From: Nitrosopumilus sp.
GTDB taxonomy: Archaea; Thermoproteota; Nitrososphaeria; Nitrososphaerales; Nitrosopumilaceae
NCBI GenBank assembly: GCA_029861785.1
Contig: JAOTYR010000001.1
Location: 2,636 to 66,635, forward strand
Length of the DNA stretch: 64,000 nucleotides
Reading direction: 5' to 3'
Both the position numbers and the translations under genes were made by a program. The notes under the pieces are model-generated. The model worked only from the letters and a program-made list of their open reading frames with translations, made no database searches and had not been told where the DNA came from. Below, piece after piece: positions 48,421 through 56,831 of the stretch (the first letter of the stretch is position 1; the number at the start of each line of letters is the position of its first letter).

Positions 48421-49169
48421 AACGAGGCTTATTGCTAATAGATAGAGGAAGCAGAGAAAGAGAAGCATCCGAAGAACTAGAAGTCATATGTGAAGGAGTC
48501 AAGGCTAAAGGAGATTATACCTTTACAGACTATTGTTTTCTTGAGGTTGAGCCTCCGTATATTGAAGATGGCATACAAAAGTCATTGAAGCAAGATATAG
48601 AATCACTTACTATCGTGCCATATTTTCTCTATCCTGGAAAAAAAGTAAAACTAGCAGTTTCCGATGTGATGAAATTTCAGAAAAATACTGATGTAAAATT
48701 TCTTGTAACAAAACCAATGAGTATGCATAAAACTTTGATTAATCTTGTTGAAAATAGAATATCAACTTCTTTAAATGAAAATAAAATTACAAATTCTAAA
48801 AAAAATATTGATGTTTTAATAATTGGTCATGGTAGTAAAGATCCAAATGCTCAAATGTCATTAAATTATGTTGTAGATGGGTTAAAAGAAAAATATAGAA
48901 ATGTTAGTAGATGTTTCTTAGAAATTGAACAACCAGATATTTTTGAAGGAATAAAAAGTTGTGAAAAAAATAATCCAGAAGTTCTTGTAATCGTTTTTTA
49001 TTTTTTACATGAAGGTGCACATGTTAAAACAGATATTAATAATGATCTTAAGCCAGCCATTGAAAAATCAAATTTAAAAAAAATATGCATCACTAAACAT
49101 TTAGGAACAGATGAGAAAATGATTGATTTGATAGTTGAAAGAGCAAAAGAGGTTGAAAATGCAAACTGA
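48417..49169 (+). CDS. cbiX: Sirohydrochlorin cobaltochelatase CbiX, fused two-domain form
   Basis: Two CbiX-like halves. Half 1 has LLLIDRGSRE...VPYFLYPGKKV. Half 2 has VLIIGHGSKD...VFYFLHEGAHV. TTG start sharing TTGA with the cbiG stop. Confidence 0.8.
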   Translation: MKRGLLLIDRGSREREASEELEVICEGVKAKGDYTFTDYCFLEVEPPYIEDGIQKSLKQDIESLTIVPYFLYPGKKVKLAVSDVMKFQKNTDVKFLVTKPMSMHKTLINLVENRISTSLNENKITNSKKNIDVLIIGHGSKDPNAQMSLNYVVDGLKEKYRNVSRCFLEIEQPDIFEGIKSCEKNNPEVLVIVFYFLHEGAHVKTDINNDLKPAIEKSNLKKICITKHLGTDEKMIDLIVERAKEVENAN

Positions 49170-49800
49170 AAAGGGTCAATCAATAGAAGATGCAAGTATG
49201 GAAATTATTGAAAACGAAATTGGAAATCATGATTATAGTGAAAAAGAATGGCCAATCGTTAGGAGAATTATTCATTCAACAGCTGATTTTGATTTTGTAA
49301 CTAAAAATAAAATTGTTTTTTCTAAAAATGCAATTGAAAGTGGAATTAATGCGCTCAAAAATGGTTGTAGTGTAATAGTTGACGTTAATGGGGTTATTGG
49401 AGGAATGAATAAACAAAATCCCAAAGATTTCAAAAATAAGATAATTTGCAATATTTCGAGCCCTGAAATTATGGAATTAGCTAAAAAACAGGGAAAAACA
49501 CGTTCTCAGGTGTCAATGAGAGTTGCTTCTTCTGATATGGAGGGTGGAATAGTCGTGATAGGAAATGCCCCAACTGCACTTTTAGAGGTAATTCAGATGA
49601 TCAAGGAAGGTCTGGTCAAACCAGCATTGATTATTGGCATTCCTGTAGGCTTCATTTCTTCGCCAGAATCAAAAGAAGAACTTTCTCATATCACAGAAGT
49701 TCCCTTTATTACAAATATTGGAAGAAAAGGAGGTAGTTCTTCAGCCTCTGCAATCCTTAATGCACTATATAAACTTCTTAGGTCAGATTTAACGTCTTGA
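49159..49800 (+). CDS. cbiC: Cobalt-precorrin-8 methylmutase CbiC
   Basis: IHSTADFDF and VIGNAPTAL signatures. The ATG at 49159 is preferred over the TTG at 49135 and gives an 11-nt overlap with cbiX. Confidence 0.85.
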   Translation: MQTEKGQSIEDASMEIIENEIGNHDYSEKEWPIVRRIIHSTADFDFVTKNKIVFSKNAIESGINALKNGCSVIVDVNGVIGGMNKQNPKDFKNKIICNISSPEIMELAKKQGKTRSQVSMRVASSDMEGGIVVIGNAPTALLEVIQMIKEGLVKPALIIGIPVGFISSPESKEELSHITEVPFITNIGRKGGSSSASAILNALYKLLRSDLTS

Positions 49801-51144
49801 TGATTTAATACAATTTTTTACAAAAATTTTTGCATAATCTGAACTATCAAAATACAGATGTCCGTAAGAAGCTAGAGTGTTATTTTGAATCATACCATCA
49901 AATTGATTTTTTATCCCTTCACCAATTTTTAATTCATAAGCAAATTTTGAATCAGAAGATATGGACTCTAGTTTAGAATAGTGAAATTCATGACCCTGAA
50001 GTGTGTGTTTTTTATCAGATAAGATATTTGTTGAAATTATTTTTCCTTGTGTATAATTTAACTTCATTTTTTTTGTCATCTTTATTTCCGCATCAAAAAT
50101 GCCAACCATCTTGTTCGTTTTTTTACCATAATCAATAGATTTTGTTAGATACATTAATCCTCCACATTCAGCATAGATTGGTACATTTTCTTCGGATAAT
50201 TGTTTAATTTTTTTTCTCATCCATTGATTTTTTTCTAAACATCCTCCAAGAATTTCAGGGAATCCTCCTCCAATGTAAATTCCATCAGACTTTGGTAATT
50301 TTTTATCTTTAATTGGACTAAAAAATTTAAGATTGGCCCCTTCTCGTTTTAATGCTTCTAGATTATCACGATAATAGAAATTAAAAGAATTGTCAAGTGC
50401 TACTGCAATTGTGATTTTTGGTTTTTGGTAAAGTTTTGTATCTGAAATTTTTAGAAGAATAGGAGTTTGTATAATTTGGAGAATTTTTTCAACATCTAAG
50501 GAGTTAGAAATAATTTTTGATGTTTGTTTAATTTTTTGATTAAGAGTTGTATCTTCTTTTGTGGGTATTAATCCCAGATGTCTTGACTGCAAATCAAGAT
50601 CAGGATTTTTCTGGATTATCCCAACTATGGGTAATTTTGTCTTTTCAATTGCTTTTCTACATAGAATTTCATGTTTTTTACTCCCAATTTTATTTAGAAT
50701 AATTCCTTTTATTCGTGAATTGCTATGAAATTTAAGAAAACCTAAAGCCGTTGCAGCAACAGATCTGGCTGCTTTACTGGCGTCTATTACCAATATTGTT
50801 GGAGATTTTGTTATTGAGGCAACATGATGAGTACTTGCAAAATTAGAATCTCCACCAAATCCATCATAATATCCCATTACTCCTTCTATAATTGAAATAT
50901 CTGACTTTGAATTTGAAACAAAACATTCCAAAAGACGATTTTTACCCATTAACCAAACATCAAGATTAAACACATCCTTTTTTGCAATTGAGGAAAGATA
51001 GCTGGGATCGATGTAGTCAGGACCAACCTTAAAGGGTTGTACCGAAAAACCTTCTTTTTGTAATGCATGAATAATTGCGCATGTAATTGATGTTTTTCCC
51101 ACTCCACTATTAGTACCTGCTAAAACAAGTCTTGGAATTTTCAA
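49789..51144 (-). CDS. cbiA: Cobyrinate a,c-diamide synthase CbiA
   Basis: LAGTNSGVGKTSIT P-loop, KVGPDYIDP motif and a C-terminal GATase domain (YAECGGLMYL). 451 aa. Confidence 0.9.
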   Translation of the reverse strand: MKIPRLVLAGTNSGVGKTSITCAIIHALQKEGFSVQPFKVGPDYIDPSYLSSIAKKDVFNLDVWLMGKNRLLECFVSNSKSDISIIEGVMGYYDGFGGDSNFASTHHVASITKSPTILVIDASKAARSVAATALGFLKFHSNSRIKGIILNKIGSKKHEILCRKAIEKTKLPIVGIIQKNPDLDLQSRHLGLIPTKEDTTLNQKIKQTSKIISNSLDVEKILQIIQTPILLKISDTKLYQKPKITIAVALDNSFNFYYRDNLEALKREGANLKFFSPIKDKKLPKSDGIYIGGGFPEILGGCLEKNQWMRKKIKQLSEENVPIYAECGGLMYLTKSIDYGKKTNKMVGIFDAEIKMTKKMKLNYTQGKIISTNILSDKKHTLQGHEFHYSKLESISSDSKFAYELKIGEGIKNQFDGMIQNNTLASYGHLYFDSSDYAKIFVKNCIKSSRR

Positions 51145-51231
51145 TTTGAATGTGTAATTGTATTTTTTTATTTAAATGATGCATTTAAAAAAAATCTGAA
51201 TGTTTTTACCGTGAGAAAAAAGAAAAATACT

Positions 51232-51765
51232 ATGAGTGAAGATGGTCTAACAATTGTATATACCGGAAAGGGTAAAGGAAAAACTACGGCCGCACTAGGA
51301 ATTGCGTTAAGAGCGACAGGTTATGATAAAAAAATTTGTATGATTCAATTCATTAAAGGCTCATGGCATTATGGGGAGATGAATTCTTCAAAAAGATTGG
51401 AACCAGAATTTGAGATGGTTGCGGTAGGAAAAGGATTCGTAGGAATAATTGATGATAAAAGTCCTATAGAAGAACATAAGAAAATAGCAAATGAGGCTAT
51501 TAAAATAAGTAATAAAAAAATTCAATCAGGAAATTACGATATTATTATTCTAGATGAAGTAAATTATGCTATCAATTTAGATTTAGTAAAATTGGAGGAT
51601 GTTCTGAATTTAATAAAATCTAAACCTGCTTCCTTAGATCTTGTTTTAACGGGAAATCATGCTAAAGAGGAGATAATTGAATTGGCAGATTTAGTAACGG
51701 AGATGAAGGAAATTAAACATCCATTTCAACAGGGTAAAAAAGCCAAAAAAGGAATTGATTTCTAA
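51232..51765 (+). CDS. cobO: Cob(I)yrinic acid a,c-diamide adenosyltransferase (CobO/BtuR type)
   Basis: YTGKGKGKTTAALGIALRA P-loop and LDEVNYA motif. The ATG at 51232 is used (the GTG at 51211 is also possible). Confidence 0.85.
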   Translation: MSEDGLTIVYTGKGKGKTTAALGIALRATGYDKKICMIQFIKGSWHYGEMNSSKRLEPEFEMVAVGKGFVGIIDDKSPIEEHKKIANEAIKISNKKIQSGNYDIIILDEVNYAINLDLVKLEDVLNLIKSKPASLDLVLTGNHAKEEIIELADLVTEMKEIKHPFQQGKKAKKGIDF

Positions 51766-51793
51766 CTAGCAACATTAAATTACGCACAATAAA

Positions 51794-52603
51794 ATGAAAG
51801 AAGAAATGCCTGCAGAAATTCAAGAAATGCCTGAACAAGGAGAAATTGTTCTTGCTACAGTAACCAAAGTAATGGATCACGGGGCGTATGTAACATTAGA
51901 TGAATATGATGGGATTCAAGGATTTTTACATATTTCGGAAATTGCACCAGGTTGGATCAGATCAATCAATAGATTTGTGAAAGAAAATGAGAAAAAAGTT
52001 CTTCTTGTAAAAAAAGTTAATCTGAAAAGGGGAGATATTGATCTGTCCTTAAAACAGGTATCCAAAGATCAAAAAAAGCATAAACTAAAAGAAGTTAAAA
52101 AATTTGAAAAAGGAAAAACTCTTTTGAAAAATGTTCAAGAAAAAACCAACCTTTCAGATAAAGAAATTGAAAAACTAGAAGATGATATTTATTCTAAATT
52201 TGATTCAGTTTATGATGCTTTTATTGAAATTGGAAGAAATGGAATAGATTCAATTAAGGACCTTAAACTTTCAAAAAACACTGCTAGTGTTATTGAAGAA
52301 ATATGTTCAAAGATTAAACTACCTTCAGTTGAAATAAGAGGAATTATGAAAATTACAAATAGTAAATCCAATGGAATAGAAATTATTAAAAAGACTCTTT
52401 TAGATGTAATAAAAAAAGATTCTTCCATTGATATTACATATGTAGGAGCTCCAAAATATCGCCTTTCAATCAAGTCGGAGGATTTCAAGTCTGCAGAAAA
52501 AAAATTGAAACCAATAGTACAGGAAATTCAACAATCTATCGAAAAAAAGAAAGGAGAGTTTACATTTACAAGAGAAGATTCCAAGAAAACCAGAGAAAAT
52601 TAA
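51794..52603 (+). CDS. Translation initiation factor aIF2 subunit alpha
   Basis: N-terminal S1/OB domain (GEIVLATVTKVMDHGAYVTLDEYDGIQGFLHISE), then helical and alpha-beta domains. 269 aa. Confidence 0.9.
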   Translation: MKEEMPAEIQEMPEQGEIVLATVTKVMDHGAYVTLDEYDGIQGFLHISEIAPGWIRSINRFVKENEKKVLLVKKVNLKRGDIDLSLKQVSKDQKKHKLKEVKKFEKGKTLLKNVQEKTNLSDKEIEKLEDDIYSKFDSVYDAFIEIGRNGIDSIKDLKLSKNTASVIEEICSKIKLPSVEIRGIMKITNSKSNGIEIIKKTLLDVIKKDSSIDITYVGAPKYRLSIKSEDFKSAEKKLKPIVQEIQQSIEKKKGEFTFTREDSKKTREN

Positions 52604-52604
52604 A

Positions 52605-52763
52605 TTGCGATTTTTATTAAGAAAATGTACTAAATGTTATCATTATACCCTTAAAGAAAAATGTCCTTTATGTAAAGAAGAGACTATTTCAGCTCATCCA
52701 GCAAAATTTTCACCTGATGACAAGTATATGAAATATAGACTAGCTGAGCGTTATAATCAATAA
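52605..52763 (+). CDS. nop10: H/ACA RNP protein Nop10
   Basis: 52-aa TTG-start ORF missing from the track: (M)RFLLRKCTKCYHYTLKEKCPLCKEETISAHPAKFSPDDKYMKYRLAERYNQ. It has the zinc ribbon plus the HPxxFSPxDxYxxYR signature and the conserved position after aIF2alpha. Confidence 0.85.
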   Translation: MRFLLRKCTKCYHYTLKEKCPLCKEETISAHPAKFSPDDKYMKYRLAERYNQ

Positions 52764-52782
52764 AAAATATTTTTTTACTCCT

Positions 52783-53229
52783 TTATGGAGCATATCGGCC
52801 CTCTAACTTAGATTCAGCAATTATATACTCTTTCATTGCTTTTTCTAATTGTGATTTGGTAGATCCAGAATCTAAATTCAATTTATCATCTAGTGCATAT
52901 AATTTGAAAACATACGTATGTTCTTTATCAGGTGGAGCTGGTCCACCATAATTAGTTTTGCCAAAGTCAGTTTTTCCTTGAATAGAATTTGGAGGAATCG
53001 AATTTTCTTTGATTTCGTGAACATTAGGTTCTATATTCCAAACAATCCAATGAACCCATATTTTTCCTACAGCTCCCATGGCATCAGGATCATCCATAAT
53101 GAGAGCTAAAGATTTGGCAGTATTGGGTACATCTGAAAATATTAGTGGGGGATTTATGTTGTCATTATTATATCCATACTTTCGAGGTATTTCTCCTCCA
53201 TTTTGAAATGCATTGCTTTCTAGTTTCAT
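52783..53229 (-). CDS. PEBP (YbhB/YbcL, Raf-kinase-inhibitor-like) family protein
   Basis: MDDPDA...WVHWIVWNI and GPAPPDKEHTYVFKLYAL signatures. Confidence 0.85.
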   Translation of the reverse strand: MKLESNAFQNGGEIPRKYGYNNDNINPPLIFSDVPNTAKSLALIMDDPDAMGAVGKIWVHWIVWNIEPNVHEIKENSIPPNSIQGKTDFGKTNYGGPAPPDKEHTYVFKLYALDDKLNLDSGSTKSQLEKAMKEYIIAESKLEGRYAP

Positions 53230-53268
53230 TGATATGTCTTCAATTCAAATTGTTCCAGTTAAATTTTA

Positions 53269-53637
53269 CTAAGACTCTAAGATCATTTTATTGTTTAAAA
53301 ATGAAATGATTGAACCACCATTTTTTTTAATTTCCTTTTTTAATTCTTTATCCATTGTTCCAATTATTCCTCCATTGTTTTTTACGTAGTTTATTATTTC
53401 ATTATCCGCAAATTTACCAGCAATTGGAATGATTTTAAAATTTTTGATAAAATTAAGGGTAGTTATAATATCTTGTTTTTTTTTACTATCCTTTTTCAAA
53501 GTAAATAATTCATCTTGAACTACTTTTGGAATAACAAATGAAATTTGTCCAATATCGATATTAACACTATCAATATTTTTGATTCTTTTTGTAGCTAAAT
53601 GTATTAAGAAGTTTGTATCACAGATTACTTCAACCAA
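53269..53637 (-). CDS. PIN-domain protein (Fcf1/COG1412-like)
   Basis: N-terminal ICDTNFLIHL acidic motif and downstream D residues (TMDKELK). Overlaps the aIF2gamma stop by 8 nt, the conserved archaeal neighbourhood. Confidence 0.7.
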   Translation of the reverse strand: MVEVICDTNFLIHLATKRIKNIDSVNIDIGQISFVIPKVVQDELFTLKKDSKKKQDIITTLNFIKNFKIIPIAGKFADNEIINYVKNNGGIIGTMDKELKKEIKKNGGSIISFLNNKMILES

Positions 53638-54892
53638 CTACGCCGGCCCCAATCAATCTCCATCTATCAGAGATTCGTCTACTAATTGCCACATTTCCAT
53701 TCTCAAAAATACAAGCTGGTCTTCTAAGTTCAATTTCAACATTTTTTGATTTTATTTTAGATACTTTACCTAGAATCGGTGCTGTTCCGATGTTTAATCT
53801 TAAAAGTTCATCTTTTTGTATTGGAAGTACTTTAGTATCTTCTGTTATTCCAACTGCAGAATCAAAAAGACTTACTTCTAGAGATATTTTATTGGAATTT
53901 TCTGGTAAAGTTTCAGGTTTTCCGATAACTGATCCTATAAATGAATCACTTCTAGTTAATGCTGGATCTAGTTTAGTACCAATTGCTACCAGTCCTCCTG
54001 GTTTAACTGACTCGACAATCCCAGCAGCTGTGCCCAATGAAGTAATTTCAGTGAATAATGACTCATAGGTTTTCTTTTTGTCATCCATTATTCCTGGCTT
54101 GATTTCAATTTCATCACCTACATTAAAAATTCCTTGAGCAAGACTTCCTCCTATTACTCCACCTTTGATATTTTTTAATTTGGTTCCAGGTTTATTAACA
54201 TCAAAAGATCTTAAGACATGCATTATTGTATCCTTGGACTCGTCTCTATCAGGAGTTTTGATGGTAGATTCGATAGAGCCAATTAATGCATCAATATTTA
54301 ATCCAGATTGGGCTGAAATAGGAATTATTGGAGCTTTTGCTGCATGAGTTCCTTTAACAAATTTATTTATTTCTTGATAATTTGATACAGCTTCTTTGTA
54401 TGAAATTAAATCTACCTTGTTTTGAACAATTACAATTTGTTGTATGTTGAGTGTTTGAAGAGCTAACAGATGTTCTTTAGTTTGAGGTTTGGGTACTTTT
54501 TCATTTGCTGCAATCAACAATAATGCTCCATCCATTAATGCAGATCCAGAGAGCATGTTTGCCATTAAACTTTCATGGCCTGGACTATCTACAAAACTCA
54601 CAACTCTAGATAATTCACTTTCTTTTCCACAATTATTACATTTGGGAGTGGTTGAATATCCTAAAGGTTCTTCACAATCAACACATTTGTAAAAAGCAGT
54701 ATCAGAATATCCTACACGTATTGTAATACCACGTTTTAATTCTTGGCTATGAACACTTGTCCAAGATCCAGTTAATGACTGAATTAGAGTTGTTTTTCCA
54801 TGATCAACGTGGCCTGCAGTTCCAATGTTTATACATGGTTGAGATCCATATTTTTTTATGTACCAATCAGGAAGCGTATCTCGCCAATGCAT
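53630..54892 (-). CDS. Translation initiation factor aIF2 subunit gamma
   Basis: G domain GHVDHGKTTL, zinc knuckle (CVDCEE...CNNCG), NKVD, and EF-Tu-like domains II/III. Confidence 0.95.
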   Translation of the reverse strand: MHWRDTLPDWYIKKYGSQPCINIGTAGHVDHGKTTLIQSLTGSWTSVHSQELKRGITIRVGYSDTAFYKCVDCEEPLGYSTTPKCNNCGKESELSRVVSFVDSPGHESLMANMLSGSALMDGALLLIAANEKVPKPQTKEHLLALQTLNIQQIVIVQNKVDLISYKEAVSNYQEINKFVKGTHAAKAPIIPISAQSGLNIDALIGSIESTIKTPDRDESKDTIMHVLRSFDVNKPGTKLKNIKGGVIGGSLAQGIFNVGDEIEIKPGIMDDKKKTYESLFTEITSLGTAAGIVESVKPGGLVAIGTKLDPALTRSDSFIGSVIGKPETLPENSNKISLEVSLFDSAVGITEDTKVLPIQKDELLRLNIGTAPILGKVSKIKSKNVEIELRRPACIFENGNVAISRRISDRWRLIGAGVVG

Positions 54893-54923
54893 GAGTCAAA
54901 ATGTAGAATCGGTATATGTTAAG

Positions 54924-55319
54924 TTATTCTTTTTTTTCTTCAGAATTTTCAGGTGATTCTTCTGGAGCTGCAACTGGTAATTCTCCATCAAATTTACAGT
55001 TGATTTGATAAATTTCTTCGGAGATTGTGTTCCCTCTCATAAGCTTTCTTACTCTTTGTCCAATCTCTGCATCTTGTAATCCAACACCCTTAGAGAGAAG
55101 CACTCTTTTTCTGGCTGCACCATGAATATCACTTCTCATAGGAACTCCTGATTTGTCACTTCCACCAGTGACTTTCAATTTTCCTTTCAATCCAACGATT
55201 ATTGCATCTGTTTCGTTTCCAAGTTGTAATCCAAGCAATGGGTTACCATCGTTATCTTTCAATTCTTTGGTTACAGATTTTCCTTGAATGTCTGATACAG
55301 TTAGTTTGAAGTTTGTCAA
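54924..55319 (-). CDS. rps6e: 30S ribosomal protein S6e (eS6)
   Basis: FKLTVSDIQGKS...GGSDKSGVPMR...RKRVLLSKGVG signatures. 131 aa. Confidence 0.9.
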   Translation of the reverse strand: MTNFKLTVSDIQGKSVTKELKDNDGNPLLGLQLGNETDAIIVGLKGKLKVTGGSDKSGVPMRSDIHGAARKRVLLSKGVGLQDAEIGQRVRKLMRGNTISEEIYQINCKFDGELPVAAPEESPENSEEKKE

Positions 55320-55393
55320 TTATTCGAAGACAAAGTCGTACGACTAATTAACGTTTTGACATTATTTTTAAATCTAGATTTTCTCTAGGGTAT

Positions 55394-55516
55394 ATGAACA
55401 AGGAAATAAGATGTCCTCGATGCGACAATAAAATGATAGATATGCAAGCATGTCATATGTTTTGTCTTAAATGTGGAGCACATTTAGATTGCTCAGATAA
55501 AGGAAGTTTTTGGTAA
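55394..55516 (+). CDS. Zinc-ribbon micro-protein (40 aa), hypothetical
   Basis: MNKEIRCPRCDNKMIDMQACHMFCLKCGAHLDCSDKGSFW has CxxC...CxxC. Below the ORF-track cutoff. Confidence 0.4.
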   Translation: MNKEIRCPRCDNKMIDMQACHMFCLKCGAHLDCSDKGSFW

Positions 55517-55690
55517 TTAAAAACCAGGTCTTTTTGGTATATAATCAGATGACATGTTAATAGCTTGATCCTTCATAATTTCAAGGTAAGTCTCATAATC
55601 AGTTTCAAAGCTACAATGAGGACATTTTACTTTGGTTATTTCCTCATTTAAAACAGCAGTTTTTTCACATTCAGGACAACGTGCATCCAT
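55517..55690 (-). CDS. Zinc-ribbon micro-protein (57 aa), hypothetical
   Basis: MDARCPECEKTAVLNEEITKVKCPHCSFETDYETYLEIMKDQAINMSSDYIPKRPGF has CPxC...CPxC. Its stop abuts the stop of the convergent 40-aa ORF. Confidence 0.45.
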   Translation of the reverse strand: MDARCPECEKTAVLNEEITKVKCPHCSFETDYETYLEIMKDQAINMSSDYIPKRPGF

Positions 55691-55742
55691 GTAAAGAATA
55701 TGTGGTTAAGATATTTAATCATAATTAAATCATTGAATTTAG

Positions 55743-55816
55743 GCGGAGTTAGTTTAGTCTGGTATGACGTCAGCTTCCCAAGCTGAAGGCCGCGGGTTCA
55801 AATCCCGCACTCCGCA
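55743..55816 (+). tRNA. tRNA-Gly (anticodon CCC)
   Basis: Manual fold: acceptor GCGGAGU/ACUCCGC, anticodon stem UCAGC/GCUGA with loop UUCCCAA, T arm GCGGG-UUCAAAU-CCCGC, discriminator A. Confidence 0.9.
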
Positions 55817-55820
55817 TTTC

Positions 55821-56831
55821 TTATAATTCTCGAATCGCTTGTTCAATAATTCCTCTATCTTGTGCTTTTGGTGCAAATTTTAAATAATTTTTTAGATCAT
55901 CTATTGCTCCTGAATTCTTTTTTTGCTTTTCTCTAAGATAAGCACGATTTTTGTATATTTTTGCTGATCTTTTAGGATTAACTTCAATGGCTTTGGTGTA
56001 GAAGGATTCAGCTTTTTCAAATTGATTAGATTTTAAGTAGAAATTGCCTAATCCGTTGTAGGAAAGGAAAGATCTATTATTGAGATCAATACTTTTTTGA
56101 TAAAATATTATACAGTCTTCTGAATTTTGAGCACTAAGCATCCCGCCTAGCAGGTATAATGCAGTAAAATTGTTTTTATCTAATTCAATAGCTTTGTTTA
56201 ATGATTCTAAAGCTTTTGAATAATTATTTTGTATATTCAATTTTTCGGAGATAAAGCATAATCGATTTGATTTTTCATCTTGATTATTTTCTATGTTTAA
56301 GGATGAGATGATATCTTCTGGTGCCAAAATTATCAATAGTCTACCATCCTCAGACCATTCTTTATCAAATATTTCTTGAGGAATTACACCTTCTTGTTGT
56401 TCTCCTTCTTGAGTTCCTTTTTGAACATAGTGAAAAATAATATTTTCAGTATCATCGTATCCTGATATTACTGATGCATGTTGTGTTATTTCTGGAATCC
56501 CTGGTAAAATTACTATGGGAGGTATTCCACTATCTATTATTTTTTTTAATTCAGATAGTGAGGAATGACGTATTTTACAAATCAGACCATTCCGTTCAGC
56601 CAATTCTATTCCTTCTATTAAGATACTTCCAGTGGTGCTAGGATATTGCTTAGCAGTTTCTAAAGCTTCTTCCATTGAAAGATCTATATTCCAATATTTT
56701 GAAACAACGTTTATCGGTAATGGAAGGCAAATATTTTCTTCTTCAACTATAGGGAGTAAAAGTTGATGATTTGAAGATTCCAATAAATAAAATAAATTTT
56801 GAGAGTTATTAAAAGTAATCAGAGTAAACAA
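55821..56831 (-). CDS. Papain-like (peptidase C39-like) N-terminal domain fused to TPR repeats
   Basis: The N-terminal ~170 aa follow the C39_2-like pattern: candidate nucleophile in EENICLPLP, then GIPPIVIL, then candidate His in HASVISGYDDTENIIFHYV. The C-terminal half has ~4 TPR-like repeats (ALESLNKAIELDKNN..., AESFYTKAIEVNPK...). Confidence 0.55.
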   Translation of the reverse strand: MFTLITFNNSQNLFYLLESSNHQLLLPIVEEENICLPLPINVVSKYWNIDLSMEEALETAKQYPSTTGSILIEGIELAERNGLICKIRHSSLSELKKIIDSGIPPIVILPGIPEITQHASVISGYDDTENIIFHYVQKGTQEGEQQEGVIPQEIFDKEWSEDGRLLIILAPEDIISSLNIENNQDEKSNRLCFISEKLNIQNNYSKALESLNKAIELDKNNFTALYLLGGMLSAQNSEDCIIFYQKSIDLNNRSFLSYNGLGNFYLKSNQFEKAESFYTKAIEVNPKRSAKIYKNRAYLREKQKKNSGAIDDLKNYLKFAPKAQDRGIIEQAIREL

